Shown here: piece by piece, positions 25,301 to 36,558 of the stretch
Layout of the letters: every line of letters begins with the position of its first letter
How positions within the stretch are numbered: the stretch's first letter is position 1
The notes under the pieces: generated by a model
Told to the model about the DNA's origin: nothing
Database searches by the model: none
The model's input: the letters and a program-made list of their open reading frames with translations, nothing else
NCBI GenBank assembly: GCA_021613535.1
Contig: CP075492.1
Coordinates: forward strand, 8,618,001 to 8,682,000
Origin: Adineta vaga
Lineage: Eukaryota; Animalia; Rotifera
Length of the DNA stretch: 64,000 bases
Direction: 5' to 3'
Translations under genes and position numbers: made by a program

Positions 25301-28300
25301 ACATTTGTCGTTTTTCATTGATATTCGTTTCATTTAATGACCGTTGTTGTTGCATATGAAGACGTAATTTTAATTGGGTAGCTTTTTGTATTAAATCTTG
25401 AGAAACTAAAATTCGTTAGACAAAAAACAAAATGAAAAATGAATTCATGTTTGTTTTTAATTTTCATAATGAAACCTTTTTCCCGATTTGCATGTAATTG
25501 AGCTGCAGGAATATTTGGCAATTGTCTTTTACGATTACTTGTTTGATTACTAGAAAATAAATCATTAATATATGGAAGAAAATGATTGATTAGTTTGAGC
25601 TTCTTTACGTGTCAATCATTGATGGTAATAATTCATTATTTGTATTGAGAGTTGGAAGAACGCGATTGAATGATGATCCTAATGATGTTGAGATCAAGTT
25701 AGATGTTTTCAATGAAAAAAAAACAATCACTATGATATGTCGACGATTTCTTACCATGTTGGTCAAATTCAGATGCATCACTATCACTTCGTGTGAAATG
25801 TTTTATCGGTAGACGACGTACAGGGGAATATTTTGATGATAATGTGTACCATTCTGGTATTCCATTAAGATTTAAATTTGTGTCATTCAATGCAATACAA
25901 ATCTAGAAAAAGAATATCGATTGATAGATAGTTTGTCCTTTCGTTAAAAAAAGGCATTTACCTCGCCAAGAACTTCTTGATTTCGATCAAGATCGACTAA
26001 TTTAGTCCATAGAGAAAGATTAGCTAGTGTATTTATGTCGAAAAAGATTAAACGTTGATTCCATGTACATATACCAGAAGAGCAAGGTTGTGATTTAGTA
26101 CATTTTTGTTCTTTGGATCTAGATATATGATTGAAAAGACTCAATATATGATATGAATTTGTTTGTTTGTTATTAAATGACAGTTGATATAAAACATAAA
26201 GGAAATTTTGACGATTCCATGTCAATATAAATACATCCATTTACTTAATCAGTAGTTCCGAGTATGAGACGAATGAAAAGTCTCATGGGTTGGTTCTCAC
26301 TTACTAAATTATGAGTTATGAGGACAAAGTCGAAGAATCTATCGACTCGTGTTTCCATTGATTTTTCAAATATGTGACATATTAAAAAAATGTGTGATAG
26401 TTTTTTTCTAATCGAGGTGACAAATTCAACACTAAAGTTTTCCTCTGTCTCTTTGATAATCAAATAAAAATTCTGTTGAAAAACGTTTCTCAATGATTTA
26501 CTCAATCAAATTCGATTGAATATAAATGATTCCAGAATATTATCAGCTACACATGAACCTTTCTAATATGTTTTGTTTTCTCGAATCTAATCGATTAACA
26601 TAGTCAAATCTCAAAAGGACATTATCGAGAAAATCGAGAGTAAAAAGAATTATTTACATGATGAATATTGCTCACAAAGGTCCATTGAGAATTCTTCATG
26701 CAATTCAATTGTATGAATAAAACTAACTCTTCGACTTTTGTTTCGAAGAAAATTTTCTTTTCCAATAGTCACTAGATTACATAAAGTCATCATGAGATAT
26801 ACTAATCAACTTCCATCAATGTTATAAAAGAAGAAGAAGAAGAAGAAAGAAAAAAGAAGAACGGCAATGTTAATCTAGTTTACTATGTTAAGTATTTTGT
26901 TTATGACATCATTGTATCTGAAACAATGATAATAATAATAATAATTCTTTTCTAAGTAAAAGAACTTAGTATGTCTTGATGTTGAAATAAATCGAAATTG
27001 ATAAGCTGATGATGTGTCTACTCTTCAGAAAGATTTTCGATTTCAAACATAATTATTACAAAATAACCTTGATGAAAGTCGAGTAACAAAGCAAAAGAAT
27101 TCATGTTTCTATGAAATTCAGGAAATACCTCACTTGACCTTAGGCGCATAGTTCTGATTTAAGAATGCATAAATTTCAACATTTTTTGCATTGTAATTTT
27201 TCTAATCGAAATCAGAATCCTTTATGAAAAAATATCAACTGTCATTCAAATAAGTCCTGTCAACTTTAATTGCAAGTTTGCAATTCTGTCAAGAAAAAAC
27301 CTACAATGAATCTCGTCCACATTGTACAGATAATTGGCAAGCAAATGATCCTTGTTGAATATGAAGATCTCTAGCACCGTGTACTGTAACATGAAATTCT
27401 CGTCGCTGAATATGATATTGAAAGGAAAGCTAAAAGCAAAAGATTTCAATTGATTGATTTGTTTTTTTCTTCTATTCGTCTGAAAAAAAAATGTGACGTA
27501 TACTTGTAATCGAATATTGCTTTCATTCTTCCTTGTTGTTGTTGTCTCGTGTTCTAAATAAAATATTCATAGTTGAAGAAAAAAATGTATGTATATATAT
27601 ATATATTTGTTTTATCAAAATAAAAAAGAACGACGATGAGGTGTCGTAACATCAGATGAAGAGTTAGTTCTAATCGAAAAACATTGTGAACAACAAGAGA
27701 AGAAAGGATGTTCAAATATTGAGTTTTTATTGGAAGTAGAAACTTGTCCTGTCAAACGTGTATTACTACCAAATGATGAAGCGGATGTATGTGTTTTCGT
27801 AATTGAACGTTTTTGTGAAAAACGTGAATAGATATTTCGAAAAGATTCAGTCAATCTTTGACTAGGCGTTGAAAGAGATGTTTTTCTCCCAGTTATATCT
27901 AATTCACTTGCTTGCTGAGATGTATTTAATGATTCATTTCCGCCTACACCAGAATAGTCATCAGTTATATCTAATTTCGATAGACTCAAATCAGATTCCG
28001 AAGAATTTTGTCGTTCGAATGATGATGTTGGTGGTGAGGAGACCAATGTAATTGGTTGTGATAGTGGTAGAGGTGGAAATGATTCAATTGGAGCTGTTGA
28101 ATGAGATAAATTTGAAAGACGTTTCGATAGACGTACAAGAACACTTGGTCGTTCGACACGTTGTATTTGTCGTTGCTGTTGTTGTTTGATTGGTAATCCA
28201 GCGGAAATCATCCCATTATCGTTCTCACAACCATTGTCATTTTTGAACATGACATTATGAAATACAACCATTCGTGTTGATGGTTGTTCTGTCAATGTCA

Positions 28301-31196
28301 TTGAGCTCAACGTTTGTCGTAATGAACTCCGGCAGAAAAGGGGCGGCGTGTAGTAGAAGTTTAGTATTGGTGACTATTTTCTTCCTTCTTTCTCTCCCTC
28401 TCTCTCTCTATTTCTCTTTTACGAACTCTGCTGGGAGTCGAGTACTGCCGTTAAAAAGAAAAGAAGAGAAGAAGAAGAAGAAGAAGAAAAAGATTTAGTA
28501 TTCCGACGGCAAAAGGAAGCGAAAGATGAGAAAAGAATGAAGTACAAGGCATTTATATAAAAAGGAGTATTTGTCCAAGCTGTTGTGTTTCGTCGTTCTT
28601 CGTTTTCTTCTCCTGCTTCGTTTTTCTCCGTACAGTTCATTATGATTTTTTTTTGCTTATTCTCTTTTGTATATAGTGGTGAAGGAAGGAAGCAAAGACG
28701 ATAGAGTAGCGGCAATACTGACACACAATTAAATAGACTAGATGAAATGCTTACTACTAATTATTAAAATAATTAACATGAAATATAATCTTTACCTTGG
28801 GAAGATATGCTTGAAATAGGAGGATTTAGTAATGATTGTTCGTTATTTGACAATGTTGAATATCTATGAAACCAGAAAAAAACATAATCATTATAATTTT
28901 CACAGAAAAACTCGAATTCCTAAGGGATTGAAAGATCTCATGAGAATATGATGAATTAGAAAGGCTGTCGTTTTTATGGCATAAATGGTACAAAAAGAAA
29001 AGAAGAAGAAGACGAAGACGAAAGAAAATGACTTGTTTTACCTGATCGGTCTTTTAACAATCATATGAATATCTGGTGATTGCATCGAGTGTTGAGAAAT
29101 AATACGATAAACATCATTATAATTTAAATTTGTTAGTTTTTGTCCGTTCCATTCAAGAACTTGGTCGCCTATAGAGAAGAAAAAAGAATGATGACAAACA
29201 GAAACTGCAATTTCTTTGTTTCTTTGCTAATCTACCAGTTTGTAATTGACCACTATTGTCTGCTATACTACCAGGTGTTACTTTCGTGATTTCAGCAACT
29301 GTCATTTCACTTCCATCTTCCATTTCTTTATGAATACCACCTTGAATTTTTAGACCTAATTAAAGATGATAGATAACATGTGTCAGAAGGATCAGTTCTT
29401 CTTGTTTATAAATAAAGAAACATACCTAATGCAGTAAATATATCTCCTTTCATCATATTTCCTTGTTCATATTCTTCTCGAAACGTCGGTGTCCATGTAT
29501 TGTTTTTAAGATGAACATGACCGATTTGTTCGGTACGATTTTCATTAAACTGCCAAGTTGTTGTTCGCTAAAAATAATTGAATAGTTTTCATTTTGATTG
29601 ATAAAAATCAATCGAAGACAACAATAATAATTCACGAAACAAGACGACAATAATCACAACAATAAATGCCACGAAGATCTGTATAATTATAATTATTATA
29701 ATAAATTGTAAAGACCTGTCGAAATGGATCGGTTGATAAAACGTTCAGTATTGTACTCGAACTAGCAGTATCAATTCCTGAATCTTTCAATGTTGTTTCA
29801 TGTCCAATATCTTTCTCTTCGAGTGAATGATATTGAAATTCTTTCAAACTAATTTGTGGATGATGTGTTGATCGTGATAATGGTAATGATGTCAAAACAT
29901 CTTCATCAATTTTGTGCACTAGACAAATAAGGATAGACACAAAAAAACATTCAAACGATGGGAATAACTACAAGTAGAAGAAGAAAAAGCAGACGATAAC
30001 ACGAGGAAGAAAGGAATAGATTGGGTGTGCATGCATTAAGAAAAAAACGATATTAATTTATTAATATGAAATGCACCGTAGTAAGGAAATTTTCTAATTT
30101 GGCTGCAAGAATTTCATCTTTTTGCCAAGCATCATTGAATAACATATTGCCTAGAATATATGTCGTCTTTGTTCTTTTTATTGAAAGAAATCTCTCAAGC
30201 ATGTGTTATCATTATCATCATCCTCTTCTTCTTCTTCTAGGTGTAGTGTAAAAAAAGAAGTTCTAATCAAAATCCTACCACGTGGTACAGATTCATTATC
30301 ATCAACAGCCGAAGCTGATTCCGGTGAAGAAACAGCACAATCTTCTTGATCGGAACTAGATTCTTCTTTGGACTCTTTCTTCTGCTGATGCTGCTGTTGT
30401 TGTTGTTGTTGTTGTTGTTGTTGAAGTCGACTATTTGTTGTTGGAAGTAATCGTTTACGTGGTTGCGAAACAGATGGATTGAGTTTTGTATTAGCACCAT
30501 TTTTATTCATGTTCATTTCTTCATCTTCTTTTTCATCTGTATCAAATGGTTGAGATAAAATATACTCTGAGACATATTGTTTCGAAATATTTTTCGTATT
30601 TTCATCATTGATATTATTCGTATTCAATGGAGTTGTAGTCAATTGTGAGACAGAATTCGTAGTTGGAATAAATTTTCGTGAAGAAAAATAACGTTCTTGT
30701 TTTTGACGACATATATTACACACCCAGAATATCTAAATAAAACATTGAAGAGAAAATCCTATGATTCAAAATAAATGATTAACAAACAAATATACCTTAT
30801 TATATTGATGTCCTTTTAGTCGTACACCACATCGAACACAAAAACGTTTTTTACATATAGAACATTGTCTTGCTGATTGTTCGTCGACGAATTTTGTTTT
30901 TTGACAGAGTTCACAACAAACACCTGATTCATTTGATAAACTTCCGTGAGGATATGTTTTAGCTTGTTGTGAATATCGACGACCAGCCATTGCCACAGGT
31001 GCTGAATAATCATCCATACGAGATCTAAAACAATTAATAATTAAAAAAATATATTTCCTATCATTAAAAGATTCAATTGATTTTACTGTATTGCCAAAGC
31101 ATCTTGTTTTTCTTCGGCTTTTTGTCGATTGATAACAGCTTCAATAATTTTTCGTTCATCTTCAGTTAAATGACTTAAATCAGGTGTTAAATCCAT
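22362..31196 (-). CDS. RIMS: Regulating synaptic membrane exocytosis protein (RIM/UNC-10): Rab-binding helix + Zn finger, PDZ, C2A, C2B
   Basis: PDLSHLTEDERKIIEAVINRQ (31196-31090); CELCQKTKF..CSICKKRFCVRCG..WVCNICRQKQE; PDZ TWQF..IGHVHL..LGLKIQGG..GDQVLEWNG (29567-29042); C2A LSFQYH..FHVTVHGARDL (27429-27303) and ..WNQRLIF..VLGEICIAL..PEWYTL (26118-25840); C2B FIEGLGTGQLVGRQVLASP..APYVKVYLLDGKTC..VWGDYGKLDRKVFMG..WYKLF (23348-22662). The terminal splice AG|A TGA at 22365-22362 is inferred. Confidence 0.93.
27615..28301 (-). CDS. Long Ser-rich ORF inside a RIM intron; probable alternative first exon of a short (C2A-C2B) RIM isoform
   Basis: An ORF of about 228 codons from ATG 28301. Two phase-1 GT sites (after 27635 and 27632) lie ~80 nt before the phase-1 RIM acceptor at 27553. 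Contains FFSCCSQCFS. Confidence 0.55.
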   Translation of the reverse strand: MTLTEQPSTRMVVFHNVMFKNDNGCENDNGMISAGLPIKQQQQRQIQRVERPSVLVRLSKRLSNLSHSTAPIESFPPLPLSQPITLVSSPPTSSFERQNSSESDLSLSKLDITDDYSGVGGNESLNTSQQASELDITGRKTSLSTPSQRLTESFRNIYSRFSQKRSITKTHTSASSFGSNTRLTGQVSTSNKNSIFEHPFFSCCSQCFSIRTNSSSDVTTPHRRSFLF

Positions 31197-31763
31197 TAAT
31201 ATTATTGTATACTTTTTTTCCTAATTAATAATAATAAGCATCCGTCTTTTACAGAAGCCTAAAATTAAATAAATCAATAAATTAAATGAGATAGATCTTT
31301 TCTAAATATTTTACCGCAGCCCTGTTCAAACAGTAGGGCAATTGTGGTCGACGCCAGTATGATATTTGATTTTTGTTCAATTAGTGTCTGTATCTGTATT
31401 TAGGACACCATGTGATCTAAAAAAATATGAAGAAAAAGACAATAAGTAAGTCGACACACTAGTTTAATCTCTCGAGATCTTCAATCAGTACGTATTTGAC
31501 ATTGAAAGTGCAAAGGCTTCACTAGCCATGCTCAGCGCGCTGCTTCCTGTTCTTGTCTTTGCCTTTGCGTTCGTCCGCTTGTCTGTTGCATGCTATGCTT
31601 ATTTTCATTGGTTAAAGAAATTTGATCTTCTACCATTAATCATTTTCTTTTTCCTCCCTTTTTATTCATGCTCTATTCTTTGATAATAAACATTATTTTT
31701 ACAAAATAATGATTCGAAAATTAATTTTCTAGTTATATATGAAAATTTCTATTGAACTCAACC

Positions 31764-31777
31764 GTTTCTATAACAAC
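31764..31777. promoter_or_regulatory. RFX X-box
   Basis: GTTTCTATAACAAC matches GTHNYY-AT-RRNAAC, ending ~57 nt upstream of ATG 31834. Confidence 0.6.
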
Positions 31778-31833
31778 CGACAATGTAATGATAAATGAAG
31801 CTGTATGATTGAGTTTCTATTGGCATAAATATT

Positions 31834-32927
31834 ATGGCACGAGTATTTCGTAGTCAAAGTGATCAAAGATCTGAATCACAATATGGTTCTGATCCCTATT
31901 GTCAACTAGCCAGACGAAAACAATTTGATACTGAATTAGAAAATATTCGTGCTCAATCACGTTCAATTTGGTTAAAACCTGATACATCATTGACGACGCA
32001 TGGCCATTATTTTGCTGATCCACAACAATTTCAACGAACTTCATCACGACCAACATCAGCTGGACGACGTCATAATCCACATCCAAAATTGTACTTTCCT
32101 TACTTTTTTCTAGTTGAATAATGAATTTTTCTTCATGGTCTTTTTAAACTTCTAGAGTGTTTATGAGAACAGGAATGAGAGAAATTCCAAATGCATATGG
32201 CGCACCACCAGCTCGTCTTCCATCACGTGAACGTAATATTTTTAAAACTGTTAACTGAATTCTATATTGAATTTTCTTTCAAGAAACATCAGCTCAATTA
32301 TCACAAGTTCCTGATTATTTGGAACAAATTCAAGATTTATCAACTGTTGAACGTCAAGGAGCCAATGCTTTTTTAAAAGCAGCTAACGAAGATTCGAAAG
32401 CAAATGTTGGACAAGCACTGAAAAATTATCGCCTTCATATGAAAAATGAATATGAGTGTCCACCAATTGGCGTAAGATAAAATTAGAATTATATATAATT
32501 GATTTTTTGAATACTTTTCAGGCAGCAACAGTTTGTCGAGATGATGGAAGCCGTTCCGAATTTTATCCATCCATGGATCGATATCGACAAGCAATTCGAA
32601 ATGAAAAAGGTATTATTTTTAGTTAAGAAAGTTTAAATTATCAAATTGATCTTTATTTTATTCGTCGTAGAATATGGCGCTGTCAATAAAGCTCTTGAAA
32701 ATCCTGAAACTGATATTCAAGTAATCAATGATCAGCCTCCTGAACAACCGGTTCTTCGACGTAATGTTCGTTTTCCAAATCGACCAGCAGCTCATTTTCA
32801 ACGTCGTAGTCATAGTCATACGAATTGTCCATGGCCACTAGCTCGTCAACCATATCGTGGTGATTATTCGATTCATATGGATTGGCATCCACGTTTACCT
32901 CATCATCGTCTCACTTGTCTTTGTTAA
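31834..32927 (+). CDS. Uncharacterised five-exon protein, probably cilia-associated
   Basis: Exons at ~31834-32090, 32157-32229, 32284-32472, 32522-32609 and 32671-32927 join in frame (RPTSAGRRHNPHPKL-VFMRTGMREIP...YPSMDRYRQAIRNEKEYGAVNKALENPE...TCLC*). There is an X-box upstream, and the gene is divergent from RIM. Confidence 0.75.
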
Positions 32928-32963
32928 TCAAGCTGCAAAACATCGAATGAAAACGAAACTTTC

Positions 32964-33860
32964 TCATGATATACAATCATAAGTACAGAGCTGAACATTA
33001 TATTTTTCGAATAAATTTATCAATTCTTTACTTGATAAAATATTAAATTCATGTTGTCTATCAATCGATTGAGAGAATTCATCAGGTTGTGTAGTTCCAC
33101 AACCACCAAGAAATTGATCACAAGGATAACCAGGATGACACATGAGTTCAACATAAATATTTGATTTTTGACTTTTTTCAAGTGTGCTTAAGCAAGTTTC
33201 AATATTCTTCAATGTAAATTCTTTACCCATTATTGTCATACCAAGAAAATATTTCGGATAGACAAGTGAATAACGATCGAAAATTTTCATTGCGGACTGT
33301 GTTTCATTGACAATTTCTGTATAGAATGATTGATCTATTTCAAATGAATTGATCATATGATCATTCGGTGCACGAATATAATCTATACCATATTGTTTAG
33401 CTATTCGAGCAATACTTTCAACAATCATTGGATGAACATGAATATGTTGATGTCCATCAATATGTCTTGGGAGTTTCCCATCAGTTAATTCTTTGTATTT
33501 ATTCAGTTGCATTTCAACTTCATATTCAATATGTTCTTGTTTGATCGTTCCTTGCTGTAATTTCTTACGTAAACCATGTTTACCATGCATTAAACCTTCT
33601 GAATTAATTAACGATTCAATTTGAAACGAATCATTTGTTATCGGTCGACCTTCAGTTAAATTAAGATGAATACCCATTGAAAGATTATATATTTGTGCAT
33701 ATAAACATGCTTGATGAGCATTAGAACCGTTAACAAGAAGACTTGTTGAAGAGATTAGTTTTTGCTTAAATAGATCAATGATAGCCTTATCACGATTCGA
33801 ACAATATCCAAAATCATCGACATTAATAATCAGATATTTGATTTTGTTTGAAGATGACAT
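32964..33860 (-). CDS. YDJC: YdjC-family carbohydrate deacetylase (intronless)
   Basis: LIINVDDFGYC, GIHLNLTEGRP, HIDGHQHIH, ELMCHPGYP...GGCG...PDEFS..DRQHE. These match the YdjC/ChbG metal-binding motifs and the animal-type C-terminal loop. Confidence 0.92.
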   Translation of the reverse strand: MSSSNKIKYLIINVDDFGYCSNRDKAIIDLFKQKLISSTSLLVNGSNAHQACLYAQIYNLSMGIHLNLTEGRPITNDSFQIESLINSEGLMHGKHGLRKKLQQGTIKQEHIEYEVEMQLNKYKELTDGKLPRHIDGHQHIHVHPMIVESIARIAKQYGIDYIRAPNDHMINSFEIDQSFYTEIVNETQSAMKIFDRYSLVYPKYFLGMTIMGKEFTLKNIETCLSTLEKSQKSNIYVELMCHPGYPCDQFLGGCGTTQPDEFSQSIDRQHEFNILSSKELINLFEKYNVQLCTYDCIS

Positions 33861-35435
33861 CAAGAAAATAGCGAACGAAAAGAGATGAACAAAAGAAAAG
33901 TGATAGATAATAATCAGGTCGCTAAGATAAAAGTATAGTTTTCTTCAAATGATCAAAATCATTCATATTTCGTTTTAATTTTGAAATTTTATGCTTTGAG
34001 CTTATTTAAAACTATCTTTGATAAAAAGTCATTATAGGATTACTCGAATTCAAATCAAAGAAAGATTTTGCATCATATAATAGTCTACAATTGTACATCT
34101 TTATTTTGTGTTTTGATTCGAATACACGTCACCCTCAAGATATGATCTATCAACTTGTCTATACATTCAGTATTAGAATAAAACCATATAATGTATATGC
34201 AATCAATCATTCGAGAAAAAGAAAGACTCAATTCATTAAATAAAGATATATTTTCTTAAAGCTATTTCTACTGCGCTGCGTACTATAAATATCGAAACAT
34301 ATAGTGTTATATATATATATATATTACATAGGCAGCACTTTAACTTTCTTATCCTTCAATCATCATCAATTACAAGTAATTGTCATTAGAGTGAGTTCAT
34401 TAGCTAGATCATAATCAGTTTCGTATCGACGGAATTGTTATTTAAAATAACAGCAAAAAGGTAGATATATAAATGACTAACTATGATTGATATATCCCTT
34501 TTGACTACAAATTAACAATTGGTATCCTGTGAAAGGATATTCTTTCAATAAATGGTTTTAATTCATCATTGAAAAAACTGAAGAATCTATATAGGTATAA
34601 AGTTTTCATATGCTAAAAAAACGCATTGTGTTTAATAACAAAATTGTTGAAATATATTCTGATGTATCTCTCTTATAATTATAGATAATTGTACAATATA
34701 TGAATAAAACTTATATTCAGTAATGATTGAGTATTTCCTTTTGTCTTATATTTGATATAAAACATATTCACTTATTTTCATTTTGTTTTGAACTATCAAA
34801 ACGATAATCGTCTAAGCATGTCTTCTCGAAGATACGATTAGAAATCATCTTGTCAATTATAAATGATTCATTTATATTTTATTCTATTTCACATACGTAT
34901 ATACAAAGAATGAGAGACAGATAGTTGAAAAGATATCTAATAGGTAAAATATATGTGACACGATAATATCAACTGTTCGGTCTGTTTGTTTTCAACATAC
35001 CTTCGAGCAATGAAAGTGGGCGTTAAATGAATGGATAGATGTGTGCGATGACTGATGACTATACCGTATTGATCAAGCTAGTCATTATTATCTTTTTTTC
35101 TCTTCTTCTTCTTTTTCTCTCTCGTCATTGGCAATCCATGCTTGAATGCGTTTAATATACGTTGATTTCTTATTCGACTAGAGAGTGAAAGAGACGTAGA
35201 GAGATATACAATGGTATAAATACAAGCACATATAGATTTATTTCAACAGTAGTAAACTTTATTCGAACGAAAGCATTATTAAAAGGGAATTTGTGATTTT
35301 GTTTTGATATTTCACATTCTCTTTCAATAGTGCCTTTGTCTATTTTCATACAACTACGAAGAAAAAGAAGAAAAAGGTTCAAGTAAGGGTACAGAAACTA
35401 TATCACACATAGAGGATACCATAGAAACAATCTAT

Positions 35436-36558
35436 TTAATTGTCTTCATGTATCAAAAATCCACCAAATGTTGTATATCTCCAACCATACAACGATGTCT
35501 TAAAATGATAATCTCCATCTTCACGTGATTGGGCACGAATATAGATTCGATCACCACGATGTAAATATAAAACAACGGTCGTCGATGCTGTATTCCAAAT
35601 GGGTACCTTTTGATTTTTAACAGCTGTTAAAAAACCTTCAACCCATAATGGTACAATATTTTCCGTATTTTTACATAGAGATACTGATGCCTAAACAAAA
35701 AATATATGCGGTTAATATGATTGTTTTTTGTAGAATATAAATGAAAACGCACGATATGATTTGCTGGTACACAAACGGTTAAACTAAACTCATATAAACC
35801 ATTGATAGGTGCATAATAAATACCAGTATTATTATTAAGATTATAATTTTTATTTAGTATAACATCGTCCCAAATGATAATACCAGAACTATCTTGTAAA
35901 GTGTATGTTTTATTTAGTGCAACAAAAAATGCCGATTTCAAATTAGAATAGCCATCACGACCTTGAAAAGAAGATGTTTGAAAACATAAGAAGATTTATT
36001 CTATTTTCTAAGTAGTATTTTACCTGGTGGACCTGGTAGACCGGGAGGACCACTTGGACCTTGCATGCCTTGTTTACCTGGTGGACCAGGTGGTCCTAAA
36101 AGCAATAAAGGAATTTTTTACTTTGAATATTTATTTATTTGAATAAAACTAACCATCAGGACCTTGAATATCGAGTGTAACACGATTTCGAGCATCTAAA
36201 ATATTACTTTAACATAACTGATTTATTACATTTTCATTATATATTTACTTGGACAATTAATATGTAATTTACATTGATTTGCTGATGTTTTTTTATGTGT
36301 ATTTCCATATGTAGCTGCTATTGAAGATGATTGAGATGCTTGATCAGGATAATTATTGCTATTTTGATTTCGTTTAGCTGTATAAGGTGATGGTGTCTGT
36401 TGTTGCTGTTGTTGAGATCGATATTCATAATAATTATATGTTGGTGGTGGTGGTTGAATTGCATAAGAACCACTATTAATTGGTGGACCTGGATCGGCGG
36501 CTATGATTATCGATACAACTATCAATCCGTATATAATTGAATGAATCATTATAAACAT
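35436..36558 (-). CDS. Secreted short-collagen + C1q globular domain protein (C1q/CTRP/cerebellin-like)
   Basis: Signal peptide; about 10 GXY triplets (GPDGPPGPPGKQGMQGPSGPPGLPGPPGRD) over exons near 36196-35940; C1q motifs SAFFVAL, IIWDDVILN, YNLNNNTGIYYAPINGLYEFS, TASTTVVLYLHRGDRIYI, TTFGGFLI. Confidence 0.9.

Noticed and set aside
29590-29680. Hydrophobic frame IFVAFIVVIIVVLF in a RIM intron (possible tail anchor)
   Set aside because: It would need a ~38-nt intron, and T-rich intron DNA readily translates as hydrophobic residues.
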